NCBI GenBank assembly: GCA_965231135.1 | Contig: OZ246419.1 | Coordinates: 257,488-321,487, forward strand | DNA: 64,000 nucleotides | Reading direction: 5' to 3' | From: an uncultured Gammaproteobacteria bacterium | GTDB lineage: Bacteria > Patescibacteriota > Microgenomatia > UBA8517 | Shown here: positions 39,526-48,728 of the stretch, one piece after another | How positions within the stretch are numbered: the first letter of the stretch is position 1 | Layout of the letters: every line of letters starts with the position of its first letter | The notes under the pieces: model-generated | Database searches by the model: none | The model's input: the letters and a program-made list of their open reading frames with translations, nothing else | What the model was told of the DNA's origin: nothing | Program-made: the position numbers and the translations under genes

Positions 39526-40152
39526 ATGAAAGTAAACGAACTTCTTTCAGGAACACGGGTTTTATATCAAGATAAAAAATGGAAAGTTATTAAAGACTTT
39601 GCCTGGGGAACTTATATCCAATCTGGTGGTCTTACACAAAGCGGAGGAATTGTGACTAAAATCTGGAAAGAAACTTTGAAAAAAGTAATTGATATTAAAC
39701 CTGTAGCTGAAAATATTTTAATATTGGGACTTGGAGGAGGAAGTGCTGCAAAACTTGTTTCGCAATACTGGGTGAATTCAAAAATTACTGGAGTTGATAT
39801 TAATAAAAAAATTGTAGAGCTTGGGAAGAAATATTTGAAGCTTGATGAAAATAGTATAGGTATTCAAATTCAGGATGCATATGGATTTATTTTGACCACA
39901 GATAAAAAATATGATTTGATTTTGGTTGATTTATATAATGGAGATAAATTTCCAGAAGAATTTGAAAGCGAAAAATTTATAAAAAGTGTTAAAAGTAAGC
40001 TTACAAAAGGAGGAATTGTTGTTTTTAATAGACTTTATGGAGCTGATCGACGCACACAATCTATGAAATTTGGAAGAGTACTTGAAAAATATTTTAAAAA
40101 AGTAGATTATATAATCCCAATGGCAAACGTCGACTTTGTCTGCTACAATTAG
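39526..40152 (+). CDS. SAM-dependent methyltransferase (spermidine synthase-like)
   Basis: ILILGLGGG, VDI, YDLILVD. Confidence 0.85.
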   Translation: MKVNELLSGTRVLYQDKKWKVIKDFAWGTYIQSGGLTQSGGIVTKIWKETLKKVIDIKPVAENILILGLGGGSAAKLVSQYWVNSKITGVDINKKIVELGKKYLKLDENSIGIQIQDAYGFILTTDKKYDLILVDLYNGDKFPEEFESEKFIKSVKSKLTKGGIVVFNRLYGADRRTQSMKFGRVLEKYFKKVDYIIPMANVDFVCYN

Positions 40153-40163
40153 GTTCAATTAAT

Positions 40164-42881
40164 ATGAATATATTTTCTAAGATACTTGATGTTAATGCAC
40201 GAGAGCTTGATGAGTTTAAGAAAATAGTTAAGAAAATAAATGAGCTTGAGCCAAAAATGGCAAAACTGAAAGAAGCAGATTTTGCAAAAAAAACTGCTGA
40301 ATTTAAGAAAAAAATCCAAGCATCAAGCGATATTGAGAAGACTTTAAACGAAATACTTCCTGAGGCATTCGCACTTTCCCGTGAGGCATCTTTTCGAGTT
40401 TTAGGACAAAAACCTTATGACGTACAGCTTGTTGCTGGAATTGCACTTTTTAAAGGACGGGTTGCGGAACAAAAAACTGGAGAAGGGAAAACATTATCGG
40501 CTGTTGCACCTTTATATTTGCGAGCACTTGCAGGAAAAGGTGTACACCTTGTAACAGTTAACGACTACTTGGCTCGCTTGGGAGCTGGATGGAATGGGCC
40601 TGTGTTTGCATTACTTGGAATGAAAGTGGGAGTAATAGTGCAAGAAAGCAAATCGTTTATTTATGATCCAAAGTTTACTGATAAGTCGCACGGCGATGAA
40701 AGACTTTATCACCTTAAACCATGTGAACGCAAAGTCGCATATGAAGCTGATGTTACTTATGGAACTAATAATGAATATGGATTTGATTATTTGAGGGACA
40801 ATATGGTTCAAACACTTGCTGAAATGGCTCAACGCGGGCATTATTTTGCAATTGTAGACGAAGTTGACTCAGTTTTGATTGATGAGGCCCGTACTCCTCT
40901 TATTATTTCAGCTCCAGATAATGACCCGACTGATAAATATTATAAATTTGCTGAGATTATAAAGGACCTTGATCCTGAAACACATTACACAATAGATGAA
41001 AAATATAAGAGTGCAACTTTAACTGAGAAAGGAATTGAGCAAGTTGAGAAAATTTTGGGATTAAATAATCTTTATGAACAAGATTTTGAGGCAATTCATC
41101 ATATTGAAAATGCACTTCGAGCAAGAGCTCTTTATTTAAGAGATCGAGAATATGTTGTAAAAGACGGCGAAGTAATTATTGTTGATGAATTTACTGGAAG
41201 ACTTATGGTTGGAAGACGATGGAGTGATGGACTTCATCAGGCGGTTGAGGCAAAAGAAGGAGTTGTGATTCAGCAAGAAAGCAAAACTCTTGCCACAATT
41301 TCCTTTCAAAATTATTTCAGAATGTATGATCATCTTTCCGGAATGACTGGAACTGCTTCAACAGAAGCTGGGGAATTTAAGAAAATTTATAAACTTGAAG
41401 TTGTTGTTGTGCCAACGCATAGGCCAATGATTCGAAAAGATCATGCTGATGTAATCTATAAAACAATTGAAGCAAAATATAAGCAAATCGCTGATGATGT
41501 TGCTGAAATGCATAAAAAAGGACAGCCAGTTTTGATTGGAACTACGTCAATTGAAAAAAATGAAATAATTTCTGAATTCTTAAAGAAAAGAAAAGTTCCA
41601 CATCAACTCTTGAATGCAAAAAACCACGAGAAGGAAGCTGAAATAATCGCACAGGCTGGAAAAAGCGGAGCTGTGACCGTTGCTACAAACATGGCAGGAA
41701 GAGGAGTGGATATTATTTTGGGAGGAAGCAAGCCTGAGAAAAAAAGCGAAATTAAAAAATGGGAAAAAGATCACGAAGAAGTTGTAAAATCGGGAGGACT
41801 TCATGTTGTTGGTACAGAGCGACATGAATCACGAAGAATTGATAATCAACTTCGAGGGAGGTCTGGACGACAAGGAGATCCTGGGTCTTCAAGATTTTAT
41901 TTGTCAGTAGAGGATGATTTAATGAGAATTTTTGGAGGAGATAGAATCGGATCTTTAATGGAAACACTTAAAATTCCTGAAGGACAACCAATTGAAAACC
42001 GTTTAATTTCAAAAGCAATAGAATCGGCACAAGTAAAAGTTGAGGGATTTCATTTTGATGCACGTAAACGTGTTGTTGAATATGACGATGTAGCTAACCA
42101 ACAGCGAGATATTATTTATAAACTGCGAAAAAGAATATTGGAAGCAGAAGACTTGAAGAGAGAAGTTTTAGAAAAACTTGATCATCAAGTTGAAAAGATT
42201 ATGTTTGAATACCCCGATGATAAAAGGACAAAAAGAATAACAAATTCTGATGACAGAATTTTTGAAGAATTAGTTGCTGGGCTTGCCGAAATAGTTCCAT
42301 TTGATGACAACTCTTTGAAAAATATAGAAGCACAGGCGAAAAGGATTAGCAAAAAGATAGAAATGCAGAAGTTTTTGATAGATACAGTGCATCAAGCGCA
42401 CGCGGCACGCGAAAAGCAAGTTGGAGAAAAAATTATGAGGCAAATTGAAAGATTTGCATATTTATCTTCGATTGACCATCTTTGGATAGATCACATTGAT
42501 CATATTGAAGACCTTAGACAGGGAATTGAGCTTCGGGCTTATGGACAACGCGATCCTGTAGTTGAATTTAAAAACGAAGCATACGATCTTTTTGAAACTT
42601 TGATTGATAGAATTGATGAAGAACTCTCAAGAAGAATTTTTAGAATTGATGTCGGGCGAATGCCAAATGAAATTCCCCAGAATCCTATGACTAATACAGA
42701 TACAACAGATATGATGGGATTAACTGGTGCAATACAAAAGCCAAGTAAAGACAATCAAGTAAAAATCAAATCAACAAGAATTGGGAGAAATGATCCTTGC
42801 CCATGCGGAAGTGGTAAAAAGTTTAAAAAGTGCGGACTTCTTAATACTGAAGAACATCAGAGATTGATGGCTAATAAGTAA
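40164..42881 (+). CDS. secA: Preprotein translocase SecA
   Basis: TGEGKT, DEVDS, ATNMAGRG, QLRGRSGRQGDPG, SEC-C motif. Confidence 0.98.
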   Translation: MNIFSKILDVNARELDEFKKIVKKINELEPKMAKLKEADFAKKTAEFKKKIQASSDIEKTLNEILPEAFALSREASFRVLGQKPYDVQLVAGIALFKGRVAEQKTGEGKTLSAVAPLYLRALAGKGVHLVTVNDYLARLGAGWNGPVFALLGMKVGVIVQESKSFIYDPKFTDKSHGDERLYHLKPCERKVAYEADVTYGTNNEYGFDYLRDNMVQTLAEMAQRGHYFAIVDEVDSVLIDEARTPLIISAPDNDPTDKYYKFAEIIKDLDPETHYTIDEKYKSATLTEKGIEQVEKILGLNNLYEQDFEAIHHIENALRARALYLRDREYVVKDGEVIIVDEFTGRLMVGRRWSDGLHQAVEAKEGVVIQQESKTLATISFQNYFRMYDHLSGMTGTASTEAGEFKKIYKLEVVVVPTHRPMIRKDHADVIYKTIEAKYKQIADDVAEMHKKGQPVLIGTTSIEKNEIISEFLKKRKVPHQLLNAKNHEKEAEIIAQAGKSGAVTVATNMAGRGVDIILGGSKPEKKSEIKKWEKDHEEVVKSGGLHVVGTERHESRRIDNQLRGRSGRQGDPGSSRFYLSVEDDLMRIFGGDRIGSLMETLKIPEGQPIENRLISKAIESAQVKVEGFHFDARKRVVEYDDVANQQRDIIYKLRKRILEAEDLKREVLEKLDHQVEKIMFEYPDDKRTKRITNSDDRIFEELVAGLAEIVPFDDNSLKNIEAQAKRISKKIEMQKFLIDTVHQAHAAREKQVGEKIMRQIERFAYLSSIDHLWIDHIDHIEDLRQGIELRAYGQRDPVVEFKNEAYDLFETLIDRIDEELSRRIFRIDVGRMPNEIPQNPMTNTDTTDMMGLTGAIQKPSKDNQVKIKSTRIGRNDPCPCGSGKKFKKCGLLNTEEHQRLMANK

Positions 42882-42882
42882 C

Positions 42883-42898
42883 TTCAGGATTTTTTCAG
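42883..42898 (+). promoter_or_regulatory. TTCAG-N6-TTCAG direct repeat upstream of the redox operon
   Basis: ttcag-gatttt-ttcag. Confidence 0.5.
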
Positions 42899-42937
42899 AG
42901 TTGACGAGATAATATTTCTTCAGTTAGGATAAATCTT

Positions 42938-43369
42938 ATGAAAAAAGTAATTATTGCATTAGTTGCCGTGGCAGTAATTGGAGGTTTTGCTTTGTTTTAT
43001 AAAATGAACAAATCAGATGAACCTTCAACAACTGATAATAGTAATTCTGCAAATTTAGAAACAACAAATAATACGCCAGCAAGTTATAAAGACGGAACTT
43101 ATACTGGAGTAGTTGGAAGTGCTTCTCAATATGGAAATATACAGGTCAAAGTTGTTATTTCTGGTGGAAAAATAACTGACATTCAGTATGTTGATTTTCC
43201 GAGCGGGCCAGGGCATACAGCTGAAGTTACCGCAATGGCACAGCCAGCTTTAAAGCAAGAAGCAATTGCAGCACAAAGTGCAAATGTAAATATAGTAAGC
43301 GGCGCAACACAAGATACACAAGGATTTATTCAATCTCTTCAGGATGCGCTTAATCAGGCAAAAATTTAA
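42938..43369 (+). CDS. Membrane-anchored FMN-binding (flavinylation substrate) protein
   Basis: YKDGTYTG; IVSGAT flavinylation motif. Confidence 0.92.
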   Translation: MKKVIIALVAVAVIGGFALFYKMNKSDEPSTTDNSNSANLETTNNTPASYKDGTYTGVVGSASQYGNIQVKVVISGGKITDIQYVDFPSGPGHTAEVTAMAQPALKQEAIAAQSANVNIVSGATQDTQGFIQSLQDALNQAKI

Positions 43370-43375
43370 CTTCTT

Positions 43376-44086
43376 ATGAAGCAGATGCGATTTATTATGG
43401 GAATGCCTGTAATAGTTGAAATTGTTGGTGAAAAAAAGAATAAACCTTTTGAGAAAGTTTTTGAGTATTTTGGATGGGTTGATGAGAAGTTTAGCCCTTA
43501 CAAACAAAATAGTGAAGTAACCAAACTTAACTTTGAAGATAAAGATTTAAAACAAATTTTAAAACAATGCGCGCAAACAAAAAAAGATACAAATGGATAT
43601 TTTGATGTGTTTTATGAGGGAACTTTTGACCCATCAGGATTAGTAAAAGGTTGGGCGATTTGGGAGGCATCTAAAATTCTTGAGGAAATGAAATATAAAG
43701 ATTTTTATATTGAAGCAGGCGGGGATATACAAACCCATGGATTAAATGAGGCTCACGAAAAATGGAAAGTGGGGGTTAAAAATCCTTTTAATAGAAATCA
43801 GATTATAAAAATTGTGCAACTTTCTGGAGAAGGAATTGCAACCAGCGGAAATTATGAAAAAGGAAATCATATATATAATCCACTTGGGAAATCTAACAGT
43901 GAAATTGTAAGTTTGACGGTGATTGGGAAAAATGTTTATGAAGCTGATAGATTTGCTACACCTTTATTTGCAATGGGGTTTGAGGGAATAAAATTTTTGG
44001 AAAAGAAAAACCATTTGGAAGGTTATATGATTGATAAGAAAGGATTTGCAACTTTTACAAAAGGGTTTGAAAAATATGTTAACTAA
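43376..44086 (+). CDS. apbE: FAD:protein FMN transferase
   Basis: MG, D.SGLVKG, GGDI, ATSG.YE, AD..AT. Confidence 0.92.
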   Translation: MKQMRFIMGMPVIVEIVGEKKNKPFEKVFEYFGWVDEKFSPYKQNSEVTKLNFEDKDLKQILKQCAQTKKDTNGYFDVFYEGTFDPSGLVKGWAIWEASKILEEMKYKDFYIEAGGDIQTHGLNEAHEKWKVGVKNPFNRNQIIKIVQLSGEGIATSGNYEKGNHIYNPLGKSNSEIVSLTVIGKNVYEADRFATPLFAMGFEGIKFLEKKNHLEGYMIDKKGFATFTKGFEKYVN

Positions 44087-45563
44087 AATTGATGATTTGT
44101 TGAATTCAATAACAATGTACCGTCTGGTACTTTATTATTTGATTGGGCTTCTTTTTATAGCCTTTATATATAGTATCTTTCACGTATTGCCCTTTGGCCC
44201 TAATGAGCTTATTGTTTCAACTTTTATTTTAGTTGCAGTTAGTTATGTGGCAAATAAATTTTTTGCCTATTTATTTAAAGTACAAACGAATTATGAGTCA
44301 TTTTTGATTACAGCTTTAATACTTGTTTTGATTATTACTCCTGGTCTTGCCGTTTCAAAAATTGAATTTTTAATTTTTGCATCAATCTTATCAATGCTTG
44401 CAAAATATATTTTAAATATTAAGGGAAAGCATATTTTTAACCCGGCAGCAATTGCTTTGGTGATTACTGCTTTTACGATAAATGGTTTTGCGTCATGGTG
44501 GATTGCAACCAGATGGATGTTTCCGTTTTTGCTTCTTGGTTTTTTGATTGTGCGAAAAATAAGAAGAGAATCACTAGTATTTTATTTTTTTGTAGGAGCA
44601 TTGATTTCTACTTTTATGGTTTATTTTAGTAGAGGAGATTTTGAAATCTTAAAGATAGTTGAAAATACTTTTTTGGATTCGCCAATATTATTTTTTGCAT
44701 TTGTGATGCTTACAGAACCACTTACAACACCGCCGACTGCAAACTTGCAGGCGTTATATGGAGTGTTTGTTGGACTTTTATTTGCACCACTTTACTTTGG
44801 AAGGTTTTATACTACACCTGAAATTGCTTTGTCTATTGGAAACGTTTTCTCCTATTTGGTAAGTCCTAAAGAAAAATTGACACTTAAATTGAAAGAGAAG
44901 ATAAAATTAACTTCAGATATTTATGATTTTGTGTTTGTGTCAAACAAGAAAATAAATTTCACTGCTGGGCAATATCTGGAATGGACTTTTGGACATAAAA
45001 ATACCGATTCTCGAGGAAATAGAAGGTATTTTACAATTTCTTCCAGCCCTACTGAAAATGATTTGAGGATTGGAATAAAATTTCCAAAACGCGTATTAAG
45101 CAGTTATAAAAAACAACTTCTTGAAATGAAAAATGGAGATAAGATAATCGCTGGAAATTTAGCTGGAGATTTTACATTAAAAGAAAATGCAGAAAGGAAA
45201 CTTGTTTTTGTTGCTGGGGGAATTGGAGTGACGCCGTATCGCAGCATTATTAAATATTTAATTGACAAAAAAGAAAAATGTGATGTTGTTTTGGTGTACT
45301 TTGAAAAAAATAAAAGAGAAATGGTTTATAAAGATGTTTTTAAAGAAGCAAAGAAAAAGATAGGGCTTAAGATAATTTATTTTGAAACTGAAAAACAGGG
45401 CCATATGATTGGAACAGATATTAAAAAAGAGATTCCAGATTATAAAGATAGGATTTTTTATCTATCTGGCCCACATGGAATGGTTACTGGTTTTCAAAAA
45501 GAACTAAACAACATTGGTTTATCGAAACAAAATGTTAAAGTGGATTATTTTCCAGGTTTTTAA
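44076..45563 (+). CDS. RnfD/NqrB-like membrane domain fused to a ferredoxin-NAD(P) reductase domain
   Basis: HIFNPAA, MLTEPLTTP; RYFTISSSP, AGGIGVTP, YLSGP. Confidence 0.9.
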   Translation: MLTKIDDLLNSITMYRLVLYYLIGLLFIAFIYSIFHVLPFGPNELIVSTFILVAVSYVANKFFAYLFKVQTNYESFLITALILVLIITPGLAVSKIEFLIFASILSMLAKYILNIKGKHIFNPAAIALVITAFTINGFASWWIATRWMFPFLLLGFLIVRKIRRESLVFYFFVGALISTFMVYFSRGDFEILKIVENTFLDSPILFFAFVMLTEPLTTPPTANLQALYGVFVGLLFAPLYFGRFYTTPEIALSIGNVFSYLVSPKEKLTLKLKEKIKLTSDIYDFVFVSNKKINFTAGQYLEWTFGHKNTDSRGNRRYFTISSSPTENDLRIGIKFPKRVLSSYKKQLLEMKNGDKIIAGNLAGDFTLKENAERKLVFVAGGIGVTPYRSIIKYLIDKKEKCDVVLVYFEKNKREMVYKDVFKEAKKKIGLKIIYFETEKQGHMIGTDIKKEIPDYKDRIFYLSGPHGMVTGFQKELNNIGLSKQNVKVDYFPGF

Positions 45564-45575
45564 TATACTTCTTTC

Positions 45576-46247
45576 ATGATTCCAAGCATTCTTGTTATTG
45601 AGGATGATAAGGACATTAACGAATATCTTAAAGATTTTTTGACAGAGAATGATTTTAATGTATATACAACAGACAAAGGAGTTGCCGGACTTGAGTATTT
45701 TAAAAATCATGAACCTGACCTTGTCCTTCTTGATTTAGGACTTCCTGATATGAGTGGTGAAAGTGTTTGTGCTGAAATGTATAAAATTTTTCCAGATATT
45801 CCCGTGATTGTTCTTACTGCAAAAACAGATACTCAGGATAAAGTTAAACTTTTCAATGTTGGAGCTGATGATTATATTACCAAGCCTTTTGAGGTTGAGG
45901 AACTTTTGGCGAGAATTAAGGCAAGGCTTCGTGCAAAAGTGCCTGGAGAAAATAAATTAAAAATTGGAGACCTTGAACTTGATCCTAAAAAGTTTGAAGT
46001 GAAAAGAGGCGGAAATGAAATTAAACTTACACCACAAGAATTTAAATTATTGGAATATTTGATGAATAATGAAGGAATTGTTCTTTCCAGAGATATGATT
46101 TTGAATAGGATTTGGGGTTATTCTGCTGACGTTGAAAGCCGAGTGGTTGATGTATATTTTGGATATTTACGCAAAAAAATTGATAATAAATATCCAAAAA
46201 AGCTTTTGCATAGTGTACGCGGTTTTGGCTATTCCGCGCACCAATAA
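45576..46247 (+). CDS. OmpR/PhoB-family response regulator
   Basis: EDD, DLGLPD, GADDYITKPF, winged helix. Confidence 0.96.
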   Translation: MIPSILVIEDDKDINEYLKDFLTENDFNVYTTDKGVAGLEYFKNHEPDLVLLDLGLPDMSGESVCAEMYKIFPDIPVIVLTAKTDTQDKVKLFNVGADDYITKPFEVEELLARIKARLRAKVPGENKLKIGDLELDPKKFEVKRGGNEIKLTPQEFKLLEYLMNNEGIVLSRDMILNRIWGYSADVESRVVDVYFGYLRKKIDNKYPKKLLHSVRGFGYSAHQ

Positions 46248-46249
46248 AA

Positions 46250-46273
46250 CAGGCGACCCTTTCGGGCCGCCCT
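46250..46273. terminator. GC-rich hairpin between convergent genes
   Basis: ggcgacc-ctttc-gggccgcc. Confidence 0.7.
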
Positions 46274-46284
46274 TCTTACTTTAG

Positions 46285-46473
46285 TTACCTCTGGCCACCT
46301 ACACGGCCAGCTTCTTTTGCTTCTTCACTCGTCCATTCATGGGCTGTGCCATTTTTATGGGCAGCCTTTCCACCTTTACTTGCAATTTTTCTTTGCTTGT
46401 CAGGATCCATAGAAGCAAAACCTTTATTACTGTTTCCAGAACTATTTTGGTTTTGATCGTTGTCGTCTCCCAT
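46285..46473 (-). CDS. KGG-repeat general stress protein
   Basis: GFASMD..KQR.IASKGGKA...EA.EAGR.GG; SD AAGGAGGTGA. Confidence 0.93.
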   Translation of the reverse strand: MGDDNDQNQNSSGNSNKGFASMDPDKQRKIASKGGKAAHKNGTAHEWTSEEAKEAGRVGGQR

Positions 46474-46565
46474 TAATTATTCACCTCCTTTCTTTTATGA
46501 TTTCTTTTTAATTTATTCTCGTGATAAAGAAATGAAATTCACGTAAGAGTCTTACAAGAATTAAC

Positions 46566-46802
46566 TTAAATTAATCTTGAAACCCAAATAAGTACGATAG
46601 CTCCGATTACCGCTACTATTAAGCTATATAAATTAAGTCCTGTAACTCCAGATGAACCTAGAATGCTCATTAAAAATCCACCAACAAGAGCACCGATTAT
46701 TCCGATTACAATGTCTGCAATCATTCCGTGGCTGCTTTTCATAATGACTGAGGCAATCCAGCCAGCAATTCCTCCAAAAATAATCCATAAAATTATTCCC
46801 AC
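46566..46802 (-). CDS. GlsB/YeaQ/YmgE stress membrane protein
   Basis: WIIFG.IAGWIA...GIIGALVGG; SD GGAGGTGA before GTG. Confidence 0.93.
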   Translation of the reverse strand: MGIILWIIFGGIAGWIASVIMKSSHGMIADIVIGIIGALVGGFLMSILGSSGVTGLNLYSLIVAVIGAIVLIWVSRLI

Positions 46803-46878
46803 CTTGTTTTCACCTCCAGTCTAAAGTTATTTTTTACTAGATGAGTCAGAAACTTATATTAAAAATAGTAAGAATTTT

Positions 46879-47007
46879 ATGAGAATAAAAATTCTTGGGG
46901 ATTTACTTATTTTCGTAATTGTGGTTTGGCTTATAACCAGCCTGCCAAGCCCGTTTGGAGAAATTCAGCTGTTCTTATTATTATTGGGCTTCTTTTGTAT
47001 ATTTTAA
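46879..47007 (+). CDS. Possible 42-aa two-TM peptide
   Basis: Manual translation MRIKILGDLLIFVIVVWLITSLPSPFGEIQLFLLLLGFFCIF. Confidence 0.5.
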   Translation: MRIKILGDLLIFVIVVWLITSLPSPFGEIQLFLLLLGFFCIF

Positions 47008-47081
47008 GATTTTGAAATGCTCTCAAGAATATTCCGAAGTTTAGACTAAATCAAATTCTTCAGCTTGACTTTTTTACTCAT

Positions 47082-47119
47082 TAAGATTAATGTAAGCCTT
47101 GTGTAAGACTTCTGTAAGA
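47082..47119. promoter_or_regulatory. Four tandem TAAG(A) boxes at exact 11-bp period
   Basis: TAAG at 47082, 47093, 47104 and 47115. Confidence 0.75.
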
Positions 47120-47134
47120 AGCCTTACTATAAGT

Positions 47135-47569
47135 ATGTTATTAAACTTCCAGGATAGAAGATTCACAATTGATGGCAAGATTAGATATGGTAAATTGAAT
47201 CTAATAATGGAGGTTTATTATAAAAAGTACATTAACACCAAATCTATTCCTGCTACTGTTCCTGTTTTAAGCTCTGACTTACCCAGTATTTTTAAATGCG
47301 AATGTTTTAATGAAGAAAACAAAAATTTTAAAGAAGAGAGTGGACAAACTGAGCTTGGACACTTGTTTGAACATATTATGCTTGAGTATCTTTGTATTAC
47401 TAAGCTTAATTCAGGATGTAAACAGGCGATTTATGAGGGAGTGACAAACTGGGCAGTTGATAATCCGTATATTTTCAATATTCAGATAAAAACTGGAAAG
47501 CGGGATATTGAAAACATCGAAAAAGCATTTAAGAAGTCCACACGTCTTTTGGGAAAAATATTGGGTTAG
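47135..47569 (+). CDS. Stand-alone cyanophycin synthetase N-domain-like protein
   Basis: CEC...ELGHLFEHIMLE...G.T. Confidence 0.7.
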   Translation: MLLNFQDRRFTIDGKIRYGKLNLIMEVYYKKYINTKSIPATVPVLSSDLPSIFKCECFNEENKNFKEESGQTELGHLFEHIMLEYLCITKLNSGCKQAIYEGVTNWAVDNPYIFNIQIKTGKRDIENIEKAFKKSTRLLGKILG

Positions 47570-47591
47570 GATATATACTATCAATACATTT

Positions 47592-48728
47592 ATGGATAGT
47601 GTTTGGGAGAGAATATATAACTCGGCGCTTCATTTTTTAACAATTCATGACAAAGAACAGATGTATCATCTTGTTGTAAAAGAGGCAATTAATTTGGTTG
47701 ATGCAGATTACGGATCTGTTTTTCTGGTAAAAAAAGAAGTTCCTGTAAGAGTTTTTTCTTCGTATAGGACTTTATATAATGTTGAAGCAAGAGCGAAAGG
47801 AAAAGTCTATTCTGCCTTTAAAAATGGAACTCCGGTTTTGATTTCTTCACCAAAAGAATCTGACCATTCAGAGCTTCGGATTCTTGGAGTACGTTCTGAG
47901 ATAATTGTTCCTCTTTTATATGGGGGAATGACGGTTGGGGTTTTGTCTATTTTATCAAAAAAACAAAATCTAAAAGAAGAAGAACTTGATAAATTAATGA
48001 TTTTTGCACCTCTTGCAACACTTGCGATAAGAAATATGACTCTAAATGAAGATCTTAAAAAAGCTATTGAATCGCGTAATCTTTTTATGTCGCTTGCTTC
48101 ACATGAACTTAAAACTCCGCTTACTGTAATATCTTTGTACTCTGACAGCTTGGCTAAGAAAGTTTCAACTGAAAGCGGAAAAAGAGACGCTGAGAAGATA
48201 AAAAGTGCAATAAAAAGAGTTAATTATTTGGTAAATGAATTTCTTGAAGTTGATTCATATAACAAAGGAGAGCTCCATTATAAATTTAATAGAACTAATT
48301 TGTATGATTTGATTAAGTCTGTTGTGTTATGGTATAAAAACGATAAACTATCTCCAAATATTAATTATAATTTAAACGAAAATCGTGAGTTTGAAACTTT
48401 TATTGATCAAGAAAAAATAAGGGAAGTTTTAATCAATGTTCTAAATAATGCAATCAAGTTTTCTCCAGAAGCTTCTGAAATAGACATTGAGACTAAACAA
48501 AAAAATGGGAAATTTTATATTTCTGTTACTGATCACGGAGAAGGGATATCGAAAAATAATTTGACTAATATTTTTGGTAGATTTTATAAAGGTACGTCTA
48601 AAAAAACCGGAATGGGGCTTGGTCTATATCTGGCCAAAAAAATTATGAAAACTCATAAAGGAGAGATTGAAGTTAAATCTCAACTTGGAAAAGGCACTAC
48701 AGTTGTGATAACTTTGCCAAAAAGATGA
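47592..48728 (+). CDS. Cytoplasmic GAF-domain histidine kinase
   Basis: GAF; SHELKTPLT, NAIKF, DHGEG, GMGLGL. Confidence 0.95.
   Translation: MDSVWERIYNSALHFLTIHDKEQMYHLVVKEAINLVDADYGSVFLVKKEVPVRVFSSYRTLYNVEARAKGKVYSAFKNGTPVLISSPKESDHSELRILGVRSEIIVPLLYGGMTVGVLSILSKKQNLKEEELDKLMIFAPLATLAIRNMTLNEDLKKAIESRNLFMSLASHELKTPLTVISLYSDSLAKKVSTESGKRDAEKIKSAIKRVNYLVNEFLEVDSYNKGELHYKFNRTNLYDLIKSVVLWYKNDKLSPNINYNLNENREFETFIDQEKIREVLINVLNNAIKFSPEASEIDIETKQKNGKFYISVTDHGEGISKNNLTNIFGRFYKGTSKKTGMGLGLYLAKKIMKTHKGEIEVKSQLGKGTTVVITLPKR

Noticed and set aside
47082-47119. Iterons or a mini-CRISPR
   Set aside because: Only 4-6 conserved bases at 11-bp period with no rep or cas gene; fits a response-regulator operator better.
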